Under the pieces are notes generated by a model, which saw only the letters and a list, made by a program, of their open reading frames with translations, searched no databases and was not told the DNA's origin. DNA of 64,000 nt from an uncultured Candidatus Saccharibacteria bacterium (GTDB lineage: Bacteria > Patescibacteriota > Minisyncoccia > Phycocordibacterales > JACOZG01), in contig OZ246403.1 of the NCBI GenBank assembly GCA_965230925.1, forward strand, positions 266,455 through 330,454, read 5' to 3'. Positions 49,800 to 61,881 of the stretch are shown one piece after another; position 1 is the stretch's first letter; every line of letters begins with the position of its first letter. Position numbers and translations under genes: made by a program.

Positions 49800-50069
49800 G
49801 CCATTGACAGAACTAATTTATTTTGTAGGATCAAAGGCGGATCTGTTGGTCCGGAAAGGAAGGCTGTCTTGGAAAACCTTGGCGCATTAGCGGTAGTGAT
49901 TGTTATTGTCTTGGTCTGCACGTACTTTCACCTCACTCCTTACTGCACACACTGCCGGTCTAGAACAAGAGAAATCAAGGGCAGGGTTGGAAGCCTTGGA
50001 GCAATTTATTGCCATAGATGCAAAAGGCATAAAAGGAACCTGGTTTCCAATGATGAGTGGTTTTGGTAG
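49785..50069 (+). CDS. Possible small TM + zinc-ribbon protein (94 aa) in the groES-divergent transcription unit
   Basis: ORF with one TM helix (ALAVVIVIVLVCTYF) and CTHC-x18-CHRC. It ends 14 nt before a plus-strand hairpin terminator. Weak support. Confidence 0.25.
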   Translation: MEESQAIDRTNLFCRIKGGSVGPERKAVLENLGALAVVIVIVLVCTYFHLTPYCTHCRSRTREIKGRVGSLGAIYCHRCKRHKRNLVSNDEWFW

Positions 50070-50087
50070 TGACAACAAAGACAGAAA

Positions 50088-50128
50088 CCGGGGTGCGACA
50101 ATACAACGTCGCACGCTCCGGTTTTTTT
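50088..50128 (+). terminator. Rho-independent terminator (plus strand)
   Basis: CCGGGGTGCGAC-AATACAA-CGTCGCACGCTCCGG followed by T7. Confidence 0.5.
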
Positions 50129-50223
50129 GTATCTAATAACACAACTTGACAAAATAAAATTGGTGTGTATAATACTGGGCAGTCGTTTTGTGTATAAACC
50201 CCGGTCTTTGAAAGGAATCTATC

Positions 50224-50946
50224 GTGAAGAAAGTAAGAATTATTCTTGCTGCGGCATTAGTCGTCGTACTAACAATCCTCATTGTAGCTGTGGTCATCCA
50301 CAAGCAACCAGTAACCCAAGCTGTTCATCGGCCAACCTATACCCAAAAACAAGGGGAGGAGTTTCTAGAATCAACCATCACACCGTTAATTAAACAGCTT
50401 CGCAACGGAAGCTACCCCACCCCAGAATTGCAAAACCGCTACAAAGATAGGGAGAAGGTGATAGTAGAAAGGTACCAAAAAATAGTAACGGTGTACGTGG
50501 TCGGTGACGAGCTAATCAAGAATGAATTAGCTACAACCATCGCCGCACCCGCAATTGTAGACGGTGTGCCCAATCTGCAAATATTCGTAAAGGCTCTTTG
50601 GAACACGTGGGAGGAGTTCAAGACAACAAACACATATAGAAGACCCGACGCTCAACAGATCTTCAACGATTATTTCGTCGCTTGCCTGCTCCATGAAATC
50701 GAGCATTTTAGCGGCGAAACGAGCATGCTTGACCGGTCACCCGAGAATTCATTGCGTGGCGAGCTGGAAGCTTGGGGAAAAACCTGCGAATTTGCCCTAG
50801 CCCCATTGGTGGAAAAATACAATCGCCCAATCCACCCATCTTTTCTCACGTTTTATAACGCCTGGGTAAAAGGCGGTCGCCAGCAACAAAGCGTAGAGCT
50901 GGAAGCCCTCATTAGGCGGGTGTACAGCCACATAAAAGTTAAATGA
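50224..50946 (+). CDS. Membrane-anchored protein with an HExxH motif (putative metallopeptidase-like), GTG start
   Basis: N-terminal TM, LLHEIEH motif, and an AAGGAA Shine-Dalgarno 10 nt upstream of the GTG. Confidence 0.6.
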   Translation: MKKVRIILAAALVVVLTILIVAVVIHKQPVTQAVHRPTYTQKQGEEFLESTITPLIKQLRNGSYPTPELQNRYKDREKVIVERYQKIVTVYVVGDELIKNELATTIAAPAIVDGVPNLQIFVKALWNTWEEFKTTNTYRRPDAQQIFNDYFVACLLHEIEHFSGETSMLDRSPENSLRGELEAWGKTCEFALAPLVEKYNRPIHPSFLTFYNAWVKGGRQQQSVELEALIRRVYSHIKVK

Positions 50947-50958
50947 CCGCCCAGACAA

Positions 50959-50992
50959 CCGGAGCGCGACAAACGTCGCCGCTCCGGTTTTT
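50959..50992 (+). terminator. Rho-independent terminator related in sequence to the 50088 hairpin
   Basis: CCGGAGCGCGAC-AAAC-GTCGCCGCTCCGG followed by TTTTT. Confidence 0.6.
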
Positions 50993-51381
50993 CATTTTAA
51001 ATAATTTCGATACGAGAAAGAAAGAAGATATGCAAGAGCGAAACCAGCGAAAATATCAGTGGTGTAATGGAGACCAAGGTACACGCGCCAGAGGCCGATG
51101 ATGAGTGCGGTGAGAAAAAAGAAAATTGAAATAAGTAAACCCCTCGACTTTGCTCGGGGCAAGTAATAGGCAAGGAAAGCCAGCGTGAGAAAAAAGGTGG
51201 CGTGACCGGATGGAAAGGCGTCGAAGGTCAGGCCCGAAGGTCGCGGTAAATGAAATAATCCCTTGAGCGCCAAGTTAATAATCGAGACACCAATTGGCAC
51301 CAAGTAAGCCAACACCGGCGCGCGGCGATAAATGAGAAAAACAAGAAACAGCGCTGCGATAAGATAATCAAAGCCCCACAT
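50992..51381 (-). CDS. PAP2-family phosphatase (undecaprenyl-diphosphatase/lipid phosphatase-like)
   Basis: KGLFHLPRP (Kx6RP), PSGH, and RVYLGLHYTTD (SRx5Hx3D-like). Confidence 0.8.
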   Translation of the reverse strand: MWGFDYLIAALFLVFLIYRRAPVLAYLVPIGVSIINLALKGLFHLPRPSGLTFDAFPSGHATFFLTLAFLAYYLPRAKSRGLLISIFFFLTALIIGLWRVYLGLHYTTDIFAGFALAYLLSFSYRNYLK

Positions 51382-52234
51382 CGGCGAGTAATTCTTTTAT
51401 CCCCTCTTCTAATTTAACTTGTGGCTCCCAACCAAGCAATTCTCGGGCAAGCGAGTTATCAGCCAAAGTATGTTTGGGCTCGAGCCGCGCCGGTAAATAT
51501 TCTTTCTCTCCACCAATCAACTCGGCAATTTTATTGACCGAGAAATTCCTCCCCGCACCGATATTTAACACCTCACCCTTCCCCACTTTGCTACTCTCCG
51601 CCGCAAGAATATTGGCCCGCACCACATCGCGCACATGGGTAAAATCCCGTGTTTGCTCGCCGTCCCCCGTAATCGTGAGCGGCTTCCCCTCTTTCTTTAA
51701 TTTTATAAATTTCCCAATCACCAAAGCATAGGCACCGTCCGGATTCTGTCGCGGGCCGTAAACATTGAAGTATCGCAGTGAGACGGTGGGTAAATCATAA
51801 ACTTCGCTAAATACACGCGCATACAATTCGCCAATATATTTTTGTAAGCCATACGGGCTCTTGGGCTTCGCTGACAAAGTTTCAACGAGCGGCATCACGT
51901 CAGAATCACCATAAGCTGAGCTTGAAGCCGAGTAAACCACTTTCTCCACACCTGCCTCTTTGGCGGCAAGAAAAACATTCAAAGTACCGATGACATTGGT
52001 TTCATTAGTCTCAACCGGATACTCAATCGAGTACTGCACGCGCGGCAAAGCCGCCAAATGAAAAACATATTTCGCTCCAGCAAATAATGGTTTAATCTGA
52101 TCTAATTTCCGGATATCACTCCCCACCAAAAGATCAATATTTTGAACTTCGTAATCCCGTGAAATTAGTTCATCCACCAAGTTCGAACCAATGAACCCCG
52201 ACCCGCCCGTCACTACCACTTTTGTTTTTTCCAT
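51368..52234 (-). CDS. NAD-dependent nucleotide-sugar epimerase/dehydratase (UDP-glucose 4-epimerase-like)
   Basis: VVVTGGSGFIGSNL Rossmann motif and a YxxxK active site. Confidence 0.85.
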   Translation of the reverse strand: MEKTKVVVTGGSGFIGSNLVDELISRDYEVQNIDLLVGSDIRKLDQIKPLFAGAKYVFHLAALPRVQYSIEYPVETNETNVIGTLNVFLAAKEAGVEKVVYSASSSAYGDSDVMPLVETLSAKPKSPYGLQKYIGELYARVFSEVYDLPTVSLRYFNVYGPRQNPDGAYALVIGKFIKLKKEGKPLTITGDGEQTRDFTHVRDVVRANILAAESSKVGKGEVLNIGAGRNFSVNKIAELIGGEKEYLPARLEPKHTLADNSLARELLGWEPQVKLEEGIKELLADVGL

Positions 52235-52241
52235 TCCTCAA

Positions 52242-53537
52242 TTATATCCCAGTTCGCGAGAGTAAAGCACGAATTGTTTTGAGCGCGATTTCGAGGTCAA
52301 GCCAGATGCTACGGTTCTTGATGTAATAAAGATCATAAGCGAGCTTGTCTTTAGTGTCGTCAACTCTCGGTCGGAAGTGTGGATGCGCTTCATGATAAAT
52401 CTGCGCCCAACCAGAGAGACCGGGTGAAATAAGGTGACGGGAATCGTAATACGGAATCTTCTCACGATAAATCGCCACGTATTCCAACTTCTCCGGCCGC
52501 GGGCCAACGAGCGATTGATCACCACGAATCACGCCAATAAGCTGAGGGACCTCATCGAGACGGGTCCGACGCAACCATTTACCCAACCGCGTTACGGTAC
52601 GATCTGACAAGTCTGGTTCGAGCGACATGCTGCGGAACTTAGCAAGACGAATAATCTTTCCGCCACGACCAACCCGCTCATCGAAGTAGAAAAGAGGCCC
52701 ACCCCCCTCGAGCTGCATAAAGAGCCAAACGATTGGGTAAGCAGGCAAAGTAACAATGACAATAATTGTCGCCACAACAATGTCCATCAGGCGCTTCAAA
52801 ATGTCGTAGGTAATCTGGCGACGGTTGGAAATATTTTCGAGGAACCAACGCTCATTGATAATTGAAACTGGAATCCGACCAAACATCTCTTCCGACAAGC
52901 GATGCAGGGGCAAGAAGCGCACACCAGCAAACAAGGAACGATAAAAGTCTGGTAACAAAAGGTGGAAATTGCGATCATAAATATTCACCACGATCGCCCC
53001 GGGCTTAAGCTTCTTTGCTTCAATTAGATTACTCGCCTGCTTCACCTCAAGATTGTAGTGCGGATTGCCTTCAAGCTCAGGAATTAACTCATCAGCTTCT
53101 GCTTCTTCACCAAGGAAAACGAGTCGCTCGCGCCGACCGCGATAGACGAGCGGCCAGATACCGAGTCGCCAGACCAAAAGAAAAACGGTGGCAATGCCAA
53201 CATAGATAAACAAATTTGCCTTCGGCGAAAGCGCGAAGTATGGAAGGAAATAAAAAAGGGCGGTAGCAATGAGGCCATTTATAATTTGGGCGCGGATAAT
53301 AATTTGCGGCAGGCGCCGACGGACCACGGCACGCGGCCGGGTGTAGAGATCGGAAATAAAGAAAACGAGAAGCCAAAGTGGGATAATCCAAGCAAAATCG
53401 CGAAGGTGCGACTGGAGAAGCATTGCCTCCGGCCAAGCCAAATAACGCACCAAAAGCGTAAGCCAAAGTGAAATGAGAAAAAAAACGAGGTCGCCCACCA
53501 GTAAGGCAAGGATCTCCTTGCGGCCTTGTAATTTCAT
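52242..53537 (-). CDS. Polyprenyl-phosphate sugar-1-phosphate transferase (WbaP/bacterial sugar transferase family)
   Basis: Several TM helices and a C-terminal domain with DLYYIKNRSIWLD...RLDEVPQLIGVIRGDQSLVGPRP. Confidence 0.85.
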   Translation of the reverse strand: MKLQGRKEILALLVGDLVFFLISLWLTLLVRYLAWPEAMLLQSHLRDFAWIIPLWLLVFFISDLYTRPRAVVRRRLPQIIIRAQIINGLIATALFYFLPYFALSPKANLFIYVGIATVFLLVWRLGIWPLVYRGRRERLVFLGEEAEADELIPELEGNPHYNLEVKQASNLIEAKKLKPGAIVVNIYDRNFHLLLPDFYRSLFAGVRFLPLHRLSEEMFGRIPVSIINERWFLENISNRRQITYDILKRLMDIVVATIIVIVTLPAYPIVWLFMQLEGGGPLFYFDERVGRGGKIIRLAKFRSMSLEPDLSDRTVTRLGKWLRRTRLDEVPQLIGVIRGDQSLVGPRPEKLEYVAIYREKIPYYDSRHLISPGLSGWAQIYHEAHPHFRPRVDDTKDKLAYDLYYIKNRSIWLDLEIALKTIRALLSRTGI

Positions 53538-53576
53538 AGATTTTTGTTAGGATACAACAAATTCGTTATTGTGTCT

Positions 53577-54629
53577 ATGGCCAAAAAGCAAAAAGTCTTG
53601 TATCTCATAACCAAGTCTAACTGGGGCGGCGCGCAACGGTATGTCTTTGACTTGGCGACTCAGATGCCTTTTGACGCAGCAGTGGCGCTCGGTGGTGAAG
53701 GTGAACTGAAACAGAAGCTCGATCAAGCTGGCGTTAAAACAATTTCTATTCCCCGCCTTGGACGGGATATTAAAATTTGGGATGAAATTCTCGTGTTTTG
53801 GGAAATTTTTAAAATTATTCGGCGAGAAAATCCCGATATTGTTCACTTAAATAGCCCCAAAGCTGGTGGCTTGGGCGCCTTAACTGCCCGCCTAGCAGGG
53901 ATACCAAATATTATTTACACCGCGCACGGTTGGTCCTTTGCCGAAGATCGCCCCGCTTGGCAACGGCTCGCGATCAAATTTTTCTCTTGGCTCACAATTC
54001 TCTTTTGCCATCAGGTAATCGTGATTTCTCAAAGCGAATATAAAAAAGTAGAAAATTGGCCTTTTGCGCGATCTAAACTTCACTTAATTTATAATGGCGC
54101 GAGTGAACCAACTTTCCTCCCCCGCGGCGAGGCGCGCGCCGCGCTTGGCTTGGACCAAAATGAATTCATCGTGGGCACCATCGCCGAGCTTCACAAGAAT
54201 AAAGGTTTAAATTACTTAACTGAGAAGGTGGTGGTGATTGGCGAGGGAGAAGAAAGGAAGAGTCTTGAGGGTGGAGCGCTTATCTTGCTCGGCCGGCGCG
54301 AGAATGCCGCGCAGTATCTCAAAGCGTTTGATGTGTTTATTCTCCCTTCAATTAAAGAAGGTCTGCCATACGTGATCCTAGAAGCCGGCCTCGCCTGTTT
54401 ACCTGTGATCGCCACCAAAGTTGGCGGTATTCCGGAAATCATTGATCACGAAAAAACGGGAATTCTCGTGGAACCAAAAAACTCCCCTGCTCTCACCACG
54501 GCCATTCAAGATTTAAAAAATGACCCAGAAAAACGAGCAACGCTCGGTCAGAATCTCCGCACCACCATCCAAAAAAGATTTTCCCCAGCCGCGATGCTCA
54601 ATCAAACCCTTTTGCTCTATAATAAGTAA
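53577..54629 (+). CDS. GT4-type glycosyltransferase
   Basis: GGAQRYVFDLAT N-terminus and a C-terminal E-x7-E region (LPSIKEGLPYVILEAGLACLPVIATKVGGIPEII). The track start at 53544 is TTG, so the ATG at 53577 is used. Confidence 0.85.
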   Translation: MAKKQKVLYLITKSNWGGAQRYVFDLATQMPFDAAVALGGEGELKQKLDQAGVKTISIPRLGRDIKIWDEILVFWEIFKIIRRENPDIVHLNSPKAGGLGALTARLAGIPNIIYTAHGWSFAEDRPAWQRLAIKFFSWLTILFCHQVIVISQSEYKKVENWPFARSKLHLIYNGASEPTFLPRGEARAALGLDQNEFIVGTIAELHKNKGLNYLTEKVVVIGEGEERKSLEGGALILLGRRENAAQYLKAFDVFILPSIKEGLPYVILEAGLACLPVIATKVGGIPEIIDHEKTGILVEPKNSPALTTAIQDLKNDPEKRATLGQNLRTTIQKRFSPAAMLNQTLLLYNK

Positions 54630-54632
54630 CTT

Positions 54633-55196
54633 ATGAAAAAGGGTTTCACCCTCATTGAGCTTTTGGTCGTCATTGCCATTATCAGCCTGCTCTCGAGTAT
54701 TATCTTTGGCTCACTTCAACAAGCCCGGGCAAAAGCCCGAGACAAAAAACGGATCCAAGACCTGGTGCAACTTAGGAATGCTTTGGAGTTATATCGCGAG
54801 GCCAACGGAAAATATCCTAGTGACCCAAACTTAACATTTTTAGGATCACCAGACACCCGCGCAATCAGTTGTTGGACTTGTGGCACGCCGGGTTATTTAG
54901 ACAACACTCGTTTGACTGCATTAACCCCTTTTCTTAACACCCGACCCAGTGATCCGTCTGAGCCTTTCTCGGGAGCAACAAACAATGGATACTGGTATAA
55001 AGTAAACAATTCTTGTGAAGATTATAAAGTCGCCATTGAAAACACGGTTGAGGATATAAATAATATACCAACAATAATGAGGGATAGCACAAATTGGAAT
55101 GCGGCTGCTCCGAATACTGCTGTAATTTTTTCCTCGGAAGTCTCGAGAACCTGGTCAAGGAGCGGTACCACTTTTGCTGGATCAAGTTCTTGTTAA
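54633..55196 (+). CDS. GspG-like pseudopilin / type IV pilin-like protein 1
   Basis: MKKG/FTLIELLVVIAIISLL prepilin signal with Glu+5, and RIQDLVQLRNALELYR (GspG-like). Confidence 0.8.
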   Translation: MKKGFTLIELLVVIAIISLLSSIIFGSLQQARAKARDKKRIQDLVQLRNALELYREANGKYPSDPNLTFLGSPDTRAISCWTCGTPGYLDNTRLTALTPFLNTRPSDPSEPFSGATNNGYWYKVNNSCEDYKVAIENTVEDINNIPTIMRDSTNWNAAAPNTAVIFSSEVSRTWSRSGTTFAGSSSC

Positions 55197-55199
55197 ATA

Positions 55200-55874
55200 A
55201 TGTCTAAAAAATTTGGTTTTACCCTCATCGAACTTCTCGTGGTCATCGCCATTTTCAGCGTCCTGGCAAGCATTGTTTTCGGATCGCTAAATCAAGCTCG
55301 CGGCAAGTCACGCGACAGCAAGCGGGTTCAAGATCTTGTCCAGCTGCGTAACGCCCTAGAGCTTTACAAAGCGGAACACGGCCGATATCCGGATGATAAA
55401 GATGCTCTCCCAGTAATAGGTGACCAGCCTGCGGGTATTGATTGTTGGGAGTGTGATATCAATTCCGGAGACACCTGTGACTCCTTCGACAACGGCTGTA
55501 CCACGTTACACCCACTGTACTCAGGAAGAAAGCTAGCCACAGATTTGCTTCCCTATATTAACCCTCTACCATCTGACCCAAGTGTTCCGTCAACCGGCTG
55601 GTTCAATGACACCTGTGCCGGAGTCAATACCGACCGACGGGGTTATTGGTATAAAGCAAATGCAAACGGATCTGATTACAAAGTGGTGATTTTTGGAACA
55701 ATTGAAGATATAAACGTTATTCCTCCGCCGATGAGAGCGGATGGTATAAATACTCCAATTTGGAGAGCCTCATTGTGTAGCTCTCCTGGCGCCACAGCCA
55801 CAATTTATTCATCTGAGATATCAAGGAACTGGACTGAGTCACTAGCGGGTGGCCCCAACACTAATTTACCTTAA
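55200..55874 (+). CDS. GspG-like pseudopilin / type IV pilin-like protein 2
   Basis: KFG/FTLIELLVVIAIFSVL and RVQDLVQLRNALELYK. Confidence 0.8.
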   Translation: MSKKFGFTLIELLVVIAIFSVLASIVFGSLNQARGKSRDSKRVQDLVQLRNALELYKAEHGRYPDDKDALPVIGDQPAGIDCWECDINSGDTCDSFDNGCTTLHPLYSGRKLATDLLPYINPLPSDPSVPSTGWFNDTCAGVNTDRRGYWYKANANGSDYKVVIFGTIEDINVIPPPMRADGINTPIWRASLCSSPGATATIYSSEISRNWTESLAGGPNTNLP

Positions 55875-55878
55875 GTTG

Positions 55879-56499
55879 ATGAAAAAAGGTTTTACCATCA
55901 TCGAACTATTGGTCGTGATTGCGATTATGAGTTTACTATCAAGTATTATCTTTGGCTCACTGCAGGAAGCAAGGGCAAAATCTAGAAATAGTCAGCGCGT
56001 GCAAAGTCTTGTCCAACTTCGGAATGCCATAGAGCTTTATCGGTTGAACAATGGACGCTACCCTGTTCCGTCGGATAATCCCCCACCAAATCTCAATAAC
56101 CACGGCGCAAGTTGCTGGAACTGCATTGGAGATATTTACTCTATTCCGAATGCTTCTCTTTTTGACCCCGAACACCTCTCAGAAATTGCACCGTATATGC
56201 CTAGTCGCCCAGAAGACCCTCGACTTAACCCGGATGCTGTAATTTCTTTGAAGGGGTACTGGTATCAAGTTGACCCGGCAGGCAATGATTACAAACTCCT
56301 TTTAGCCGGAACGGTTGAGGGCGGAAGTGGGAGTATAGCAACAGGAAATTACTCTTACCCGGCTGGGATTCCCGTTCCCATGCGCGACCCAAACTTCTGG
56401 CCAACAGCCGCTGATTTAGCCTCTCTTTCCGTGTACTCTGCCGGTGCTCGATGTTGGGATTGGCAAAACACTACCCCACCCATGGGACCCGCTTGTTAA
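55879..56499 (+). CDS. GspG-like pseudopilin / type IV pilin-like protein 3
   Basis: MKKG/FTIIELLVVIAIMSLL and RVQSLVQLRNAIELYR. Start re-assigned to the ATG at 55879. Confidence 0.8.
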   Translation: MKKGFTIIELLVVIAIMSLLSSIIFGSLQEARAKSRNSQRVQSLVQLRNAIELYRLNNGRYPVPSDNPPPNLNNHGASCWNCIGDIYSIPNASLFDPEHLSEIAPYMPSRPEDPRLNPDAVISLKGYWYQVDPAGNDYKLLLAGTVEGGSGSIATGNYSYPAGIPVPMRDPNFWPTAADLASLSVYSAGARCWDWQNTTPPMGPAC

Positions 56500-57641
56500 A
56501 TCCCCAGAAATTCGTTTTTTAAGTCTTCGCGATGGAAAGCGCGGGAAGAGCGGCGCATCGACATTAGAATACCGAGGCTAGTGAAGGTCGCGAGAAGATG
56601 CGATCCACCATAACTCACAAATGGCAGCGTGAGACCAGTGACCGGCAATAAGCCAATATTCATTCCCACATTGATGGTGAAGTGGCTAAGAAGCATGATC
56701 GCAATCCCTACGCCAAACAAAGTTTCAAAATTAGTTTCACCCAAGAGCGCCGTTTTCAAAATCCGCCAGATGACAATATTGTAGAGAATAAATAGACCCA
56801 CCACCCCAACAAAACCCCACTCTTCAGCGAAGGCGGCGAAGATAAAATCAGTTTCGTACTCCGGGAGAAAGCGCAAGCGCGATTGCGTACCGTAGCCAAT
56901 CCCCTTGCCAAAAACTTGACCCGAGCCAACCGCGATCATTGATTGGAAGGCATTGTAACCGGTGCCGCGAATATCAGCCAAGGGATGAATAAAAGTCATA
57001 ATCCGCGCCTTCTGATATGGCGCGAAGAGAAAAAACCAAGCCACGACGAAAGAAACTAGAGCTACGCCAAACACGCCTAAAAGATGCTTCTTCGACACCC
57101 CCGAGACAAGAATCATCCCAAGCCAAATGAGAAAAAGAATCACCGCCGAACCAAAGTCAGGTTGCCAAAGAATGAGTCCAAACGGTACGAGAGCGTAGAG
57201 ACCGGAAATAAAAATGTGGCGGAAGTTGGCAATCTCAGTGTGGCGCCGAGAAAAATATTTGGCCAAAATAAGAATCAAACCAAGCTTCATAAAGTCAGCG
57301 GGCTGGAAGGCGAAGGGCCCAAGGTCAAACCAACTGCGCGCGCCCTTAGTCTCCGGCGCCACAAGCGGCAAAATGATGAGCAAAACAATGAGGGTAAAGT
57401 AAATGGCCGCCACGGCTCCGGATCGGCGAAGGAAGCGGAAATCAAAAAAGCTGAGACCAAAAAACACAGCAAACGAGAGCAATATCCATAAAACCTGGCG
57501 ACCGAAGAAATAACTCTCAGCGGTAAAAGAGTTCATAGTCACGAGTCCGGCCGTCAAAAGGAGTAAAGTGGCAACAACAAGCAACCAATCAACCCCCGCG
57601 GTGAGGCGGGAAATGGTGTCACTCAATTTTTGATAAATCAA
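56496..57641 (-). CDS. SEDS-family peptidoglycan glycosyltransferase (RodA/FtsW)
   Basis: 10 TM helices with conserved FtsW/RodA loops (PDFGSAVILFLIW, LPVTGLTLPFVSYGGSHLL). Confidence 0.85.
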   Translation of the reverse strand: MIYQKLSDTISRLTAGVDWLLVVATLLLLTAGLVTMNSFTAESYFFGRQVLWILLSFAVFFGLSFFDFRFLRRSGAVAAIYFTLIVLLIILPLVAPETKGARSWFDLGPFAFQPADFMKLGLILILAKYFSRRHTEIANFRHIFISGLYALVPFGLILWQPDFGSAVILFLIWLGMILVSGVSKKHLLGVFGVALVSFVVAWFFLFAPYQKARIMTFIHPLADIRGTGYNAFQSMIAVGSGQVFGKGIGYGTQSRLRFLPEYETDFIFAAFAEEWGFVGVVGLFILYNIVIWRILKTALLGETNFETLFGVGIAIMLLSHFTINVGMNIGLLPVTGLTLPFVSYGGSHLLATFTSLGILMSMRRSSRAFHREDLKNEFLGI

Positions 57642-58392
57642 AATGGGGGTAAAGAATTTTGAGCGTTGGCTCCTTAATAAACGGCTCCGGCCAAGTAAAG
57701 ACGATGTCGCGCGAGGCGCCGCGACTCAGAGTATCTACCACCGTGGCACTTCCGGCAAGCGTATTCTCATTTTCATCAAAAAGGACGGCTTTTATTTCAA
57801 TATTTGAAAGATCTTTCAGTGAACGGTTAATCACCGTGGCGCGGAAAATTGGTTTGGGTAAATTGGTAAACACCTCACTCGCGAAGTCGAGGTCGGGCTT
57901 CTCTACCGCTAAGCGCCGCCAGGGCAAGGTCTCCCCAAGGAACTTAAAAGTGGCCCGCACCGGCACCTGCTCACCCACATCAGCTTTAAACAATCGTTCA
58001 AAAACTATAAAACTCTCTCGCGGGTTGGCGAAGGTGTCCCCACGCTTGGTGGTAATGAGAAGATTGTCTTTATCGACAAAATCAATGGAATAAGGCAACT
58101 TATCAACACTCAAATTGAGGTTGGGGTTCTCAACGAGAGTGATCGAGTCGTATGAATCAGCTCCCACCTTCATCACCCGGCTCCACAGAACGCGAAGCGG
58201 CAGAATCTCGTTCCGACACACGGCTTCGCAAGCACCACCGCAGTCAATCCCTATTTCATCTTGATTACGCTTACCATCAGAGCATGATGGATCCGGGCGC
58301 GTGAGCACAAAAAGCGCTGCGCCAACACCGGCGAAAAAAATAAGCACGAGAAGAAAATAACTAATTTGCCGCTGTACGCTCCACACTGACAT
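57619..58392 (-). CDS. Hypothetical membrane-anchored protein (257 aa)
   Basis: N-terminal TM and a Cys-rich segment (CSDGKRNQDEIGIDCGGACEAVC). Confidence 0.55.
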   Translation of the reverse strand: MSVWSVQRQISYFLLVLIFFAGVGAALFVLTRPDPSCSDGKRNQDEIGIDCGGACEAVCRNEILPLRVLWSRVMKVGADSYDSITLVENPNLNLSVDKLPYSIDFVDKDNLLITTKRGDTFANPRESFIVFERLFKADVGEQVPVRATFKFLGETLPWRRLAVEKPDLDFASEVFTNLPKPIFRATVINRSLKDLSNIEIKAVLFDENENTLAGSATVVDTLSRGASRDIVFTWPEPFIKEPTLKILYPHFDLSKIE

Positions 58393-58424
58393 AGCGCAAA
58401 TTATATCATGAGAAAAATTTAAAT

Positions 58425-58546
58425 CCTCTGTTCCGGCGGCTAGCTACTCTCCCCCTGATGGAGTACCATCGCCACGACGGTGCTTAACGGCTCTGTTCGG
58501 AATGGTAAGAGGTGTGACCACCGCGTCGAACCACCGAAACACAAGA
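58425..58546 (-). rRNA. rrf: 5S ribosomal RNA
   Basis: Reverse complement contains CCGAACAGAGCCGTTAAGCACCGTCGTGGCGATGGTACTCCATCAGGGGGAGAGTAGC. Length is about 120 nt. Confidence 0.85.
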
Positions 58547-58604
58547 TTCAAATACTAATTCTCACGAATAGAAACGAACACTAACAAACAATCAAAAAGT
58601 GCTT

Positions 58605-61610
<3,006 letters not shown>

Positions 61611-61726
61611 GAAATCTAAAAACCACTTTGTTTGATTGCTTTACCTACCTGTCTCCAACTCTTGAAAGACCCACAATAAAGTGGAAGTTGGGACAGCTTT
61701 TAGTTTTCAAATTTCGATCCTCTCTG

Positions 61727-61752
61727 AAAGAAAAACCGCCCTTCGGGGCGGC
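61727..61752 (-). terminator. Hairpin + U-tract (terminator-like or rRNA-leader boxB-like element) upstream of 23S
   Basis: Minus strand: GCCGCCC-CGAA-GGGCGG followed by TTTTTCTTTC. Confidence 0.4.
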
Positions 61753-61825
61753 TTAGATACCCAAAAAAATGGCTATCTAGGCCGCTCTTTTAGTTGGTTT
61801 TTGGTATTCATATCCGATGGGCAAC

Positions 61826-61853
61826 AGTATATAGGAACCAAAAAAGCCGTCAA
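61826..61853 (-). promoter_or_regulatory. Putative promoter (TTGACG-16-TATACT) upstream of the hairpin and the 23S gene
   Basis: Minus-strand reading: cTTGACGgcttttttggttcctaTATACTg. Confidence 0.35.
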
Positions 61854-61881
61854 GCAGGGTGGGGAAAGCCAAGATTCCGAC

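Noticed and set aside
49810-49870. SRP-RNA-like motif GTCCGGAAAGGAAGGCTG
   Set aside because: It resembles the 4.5S RNA domain IV apex (GUCCGGAAGGAAGCAGC), but I could not find a complementary 3' strand to form the required long hairpin. It is probably chance within a GC-rich stretch.
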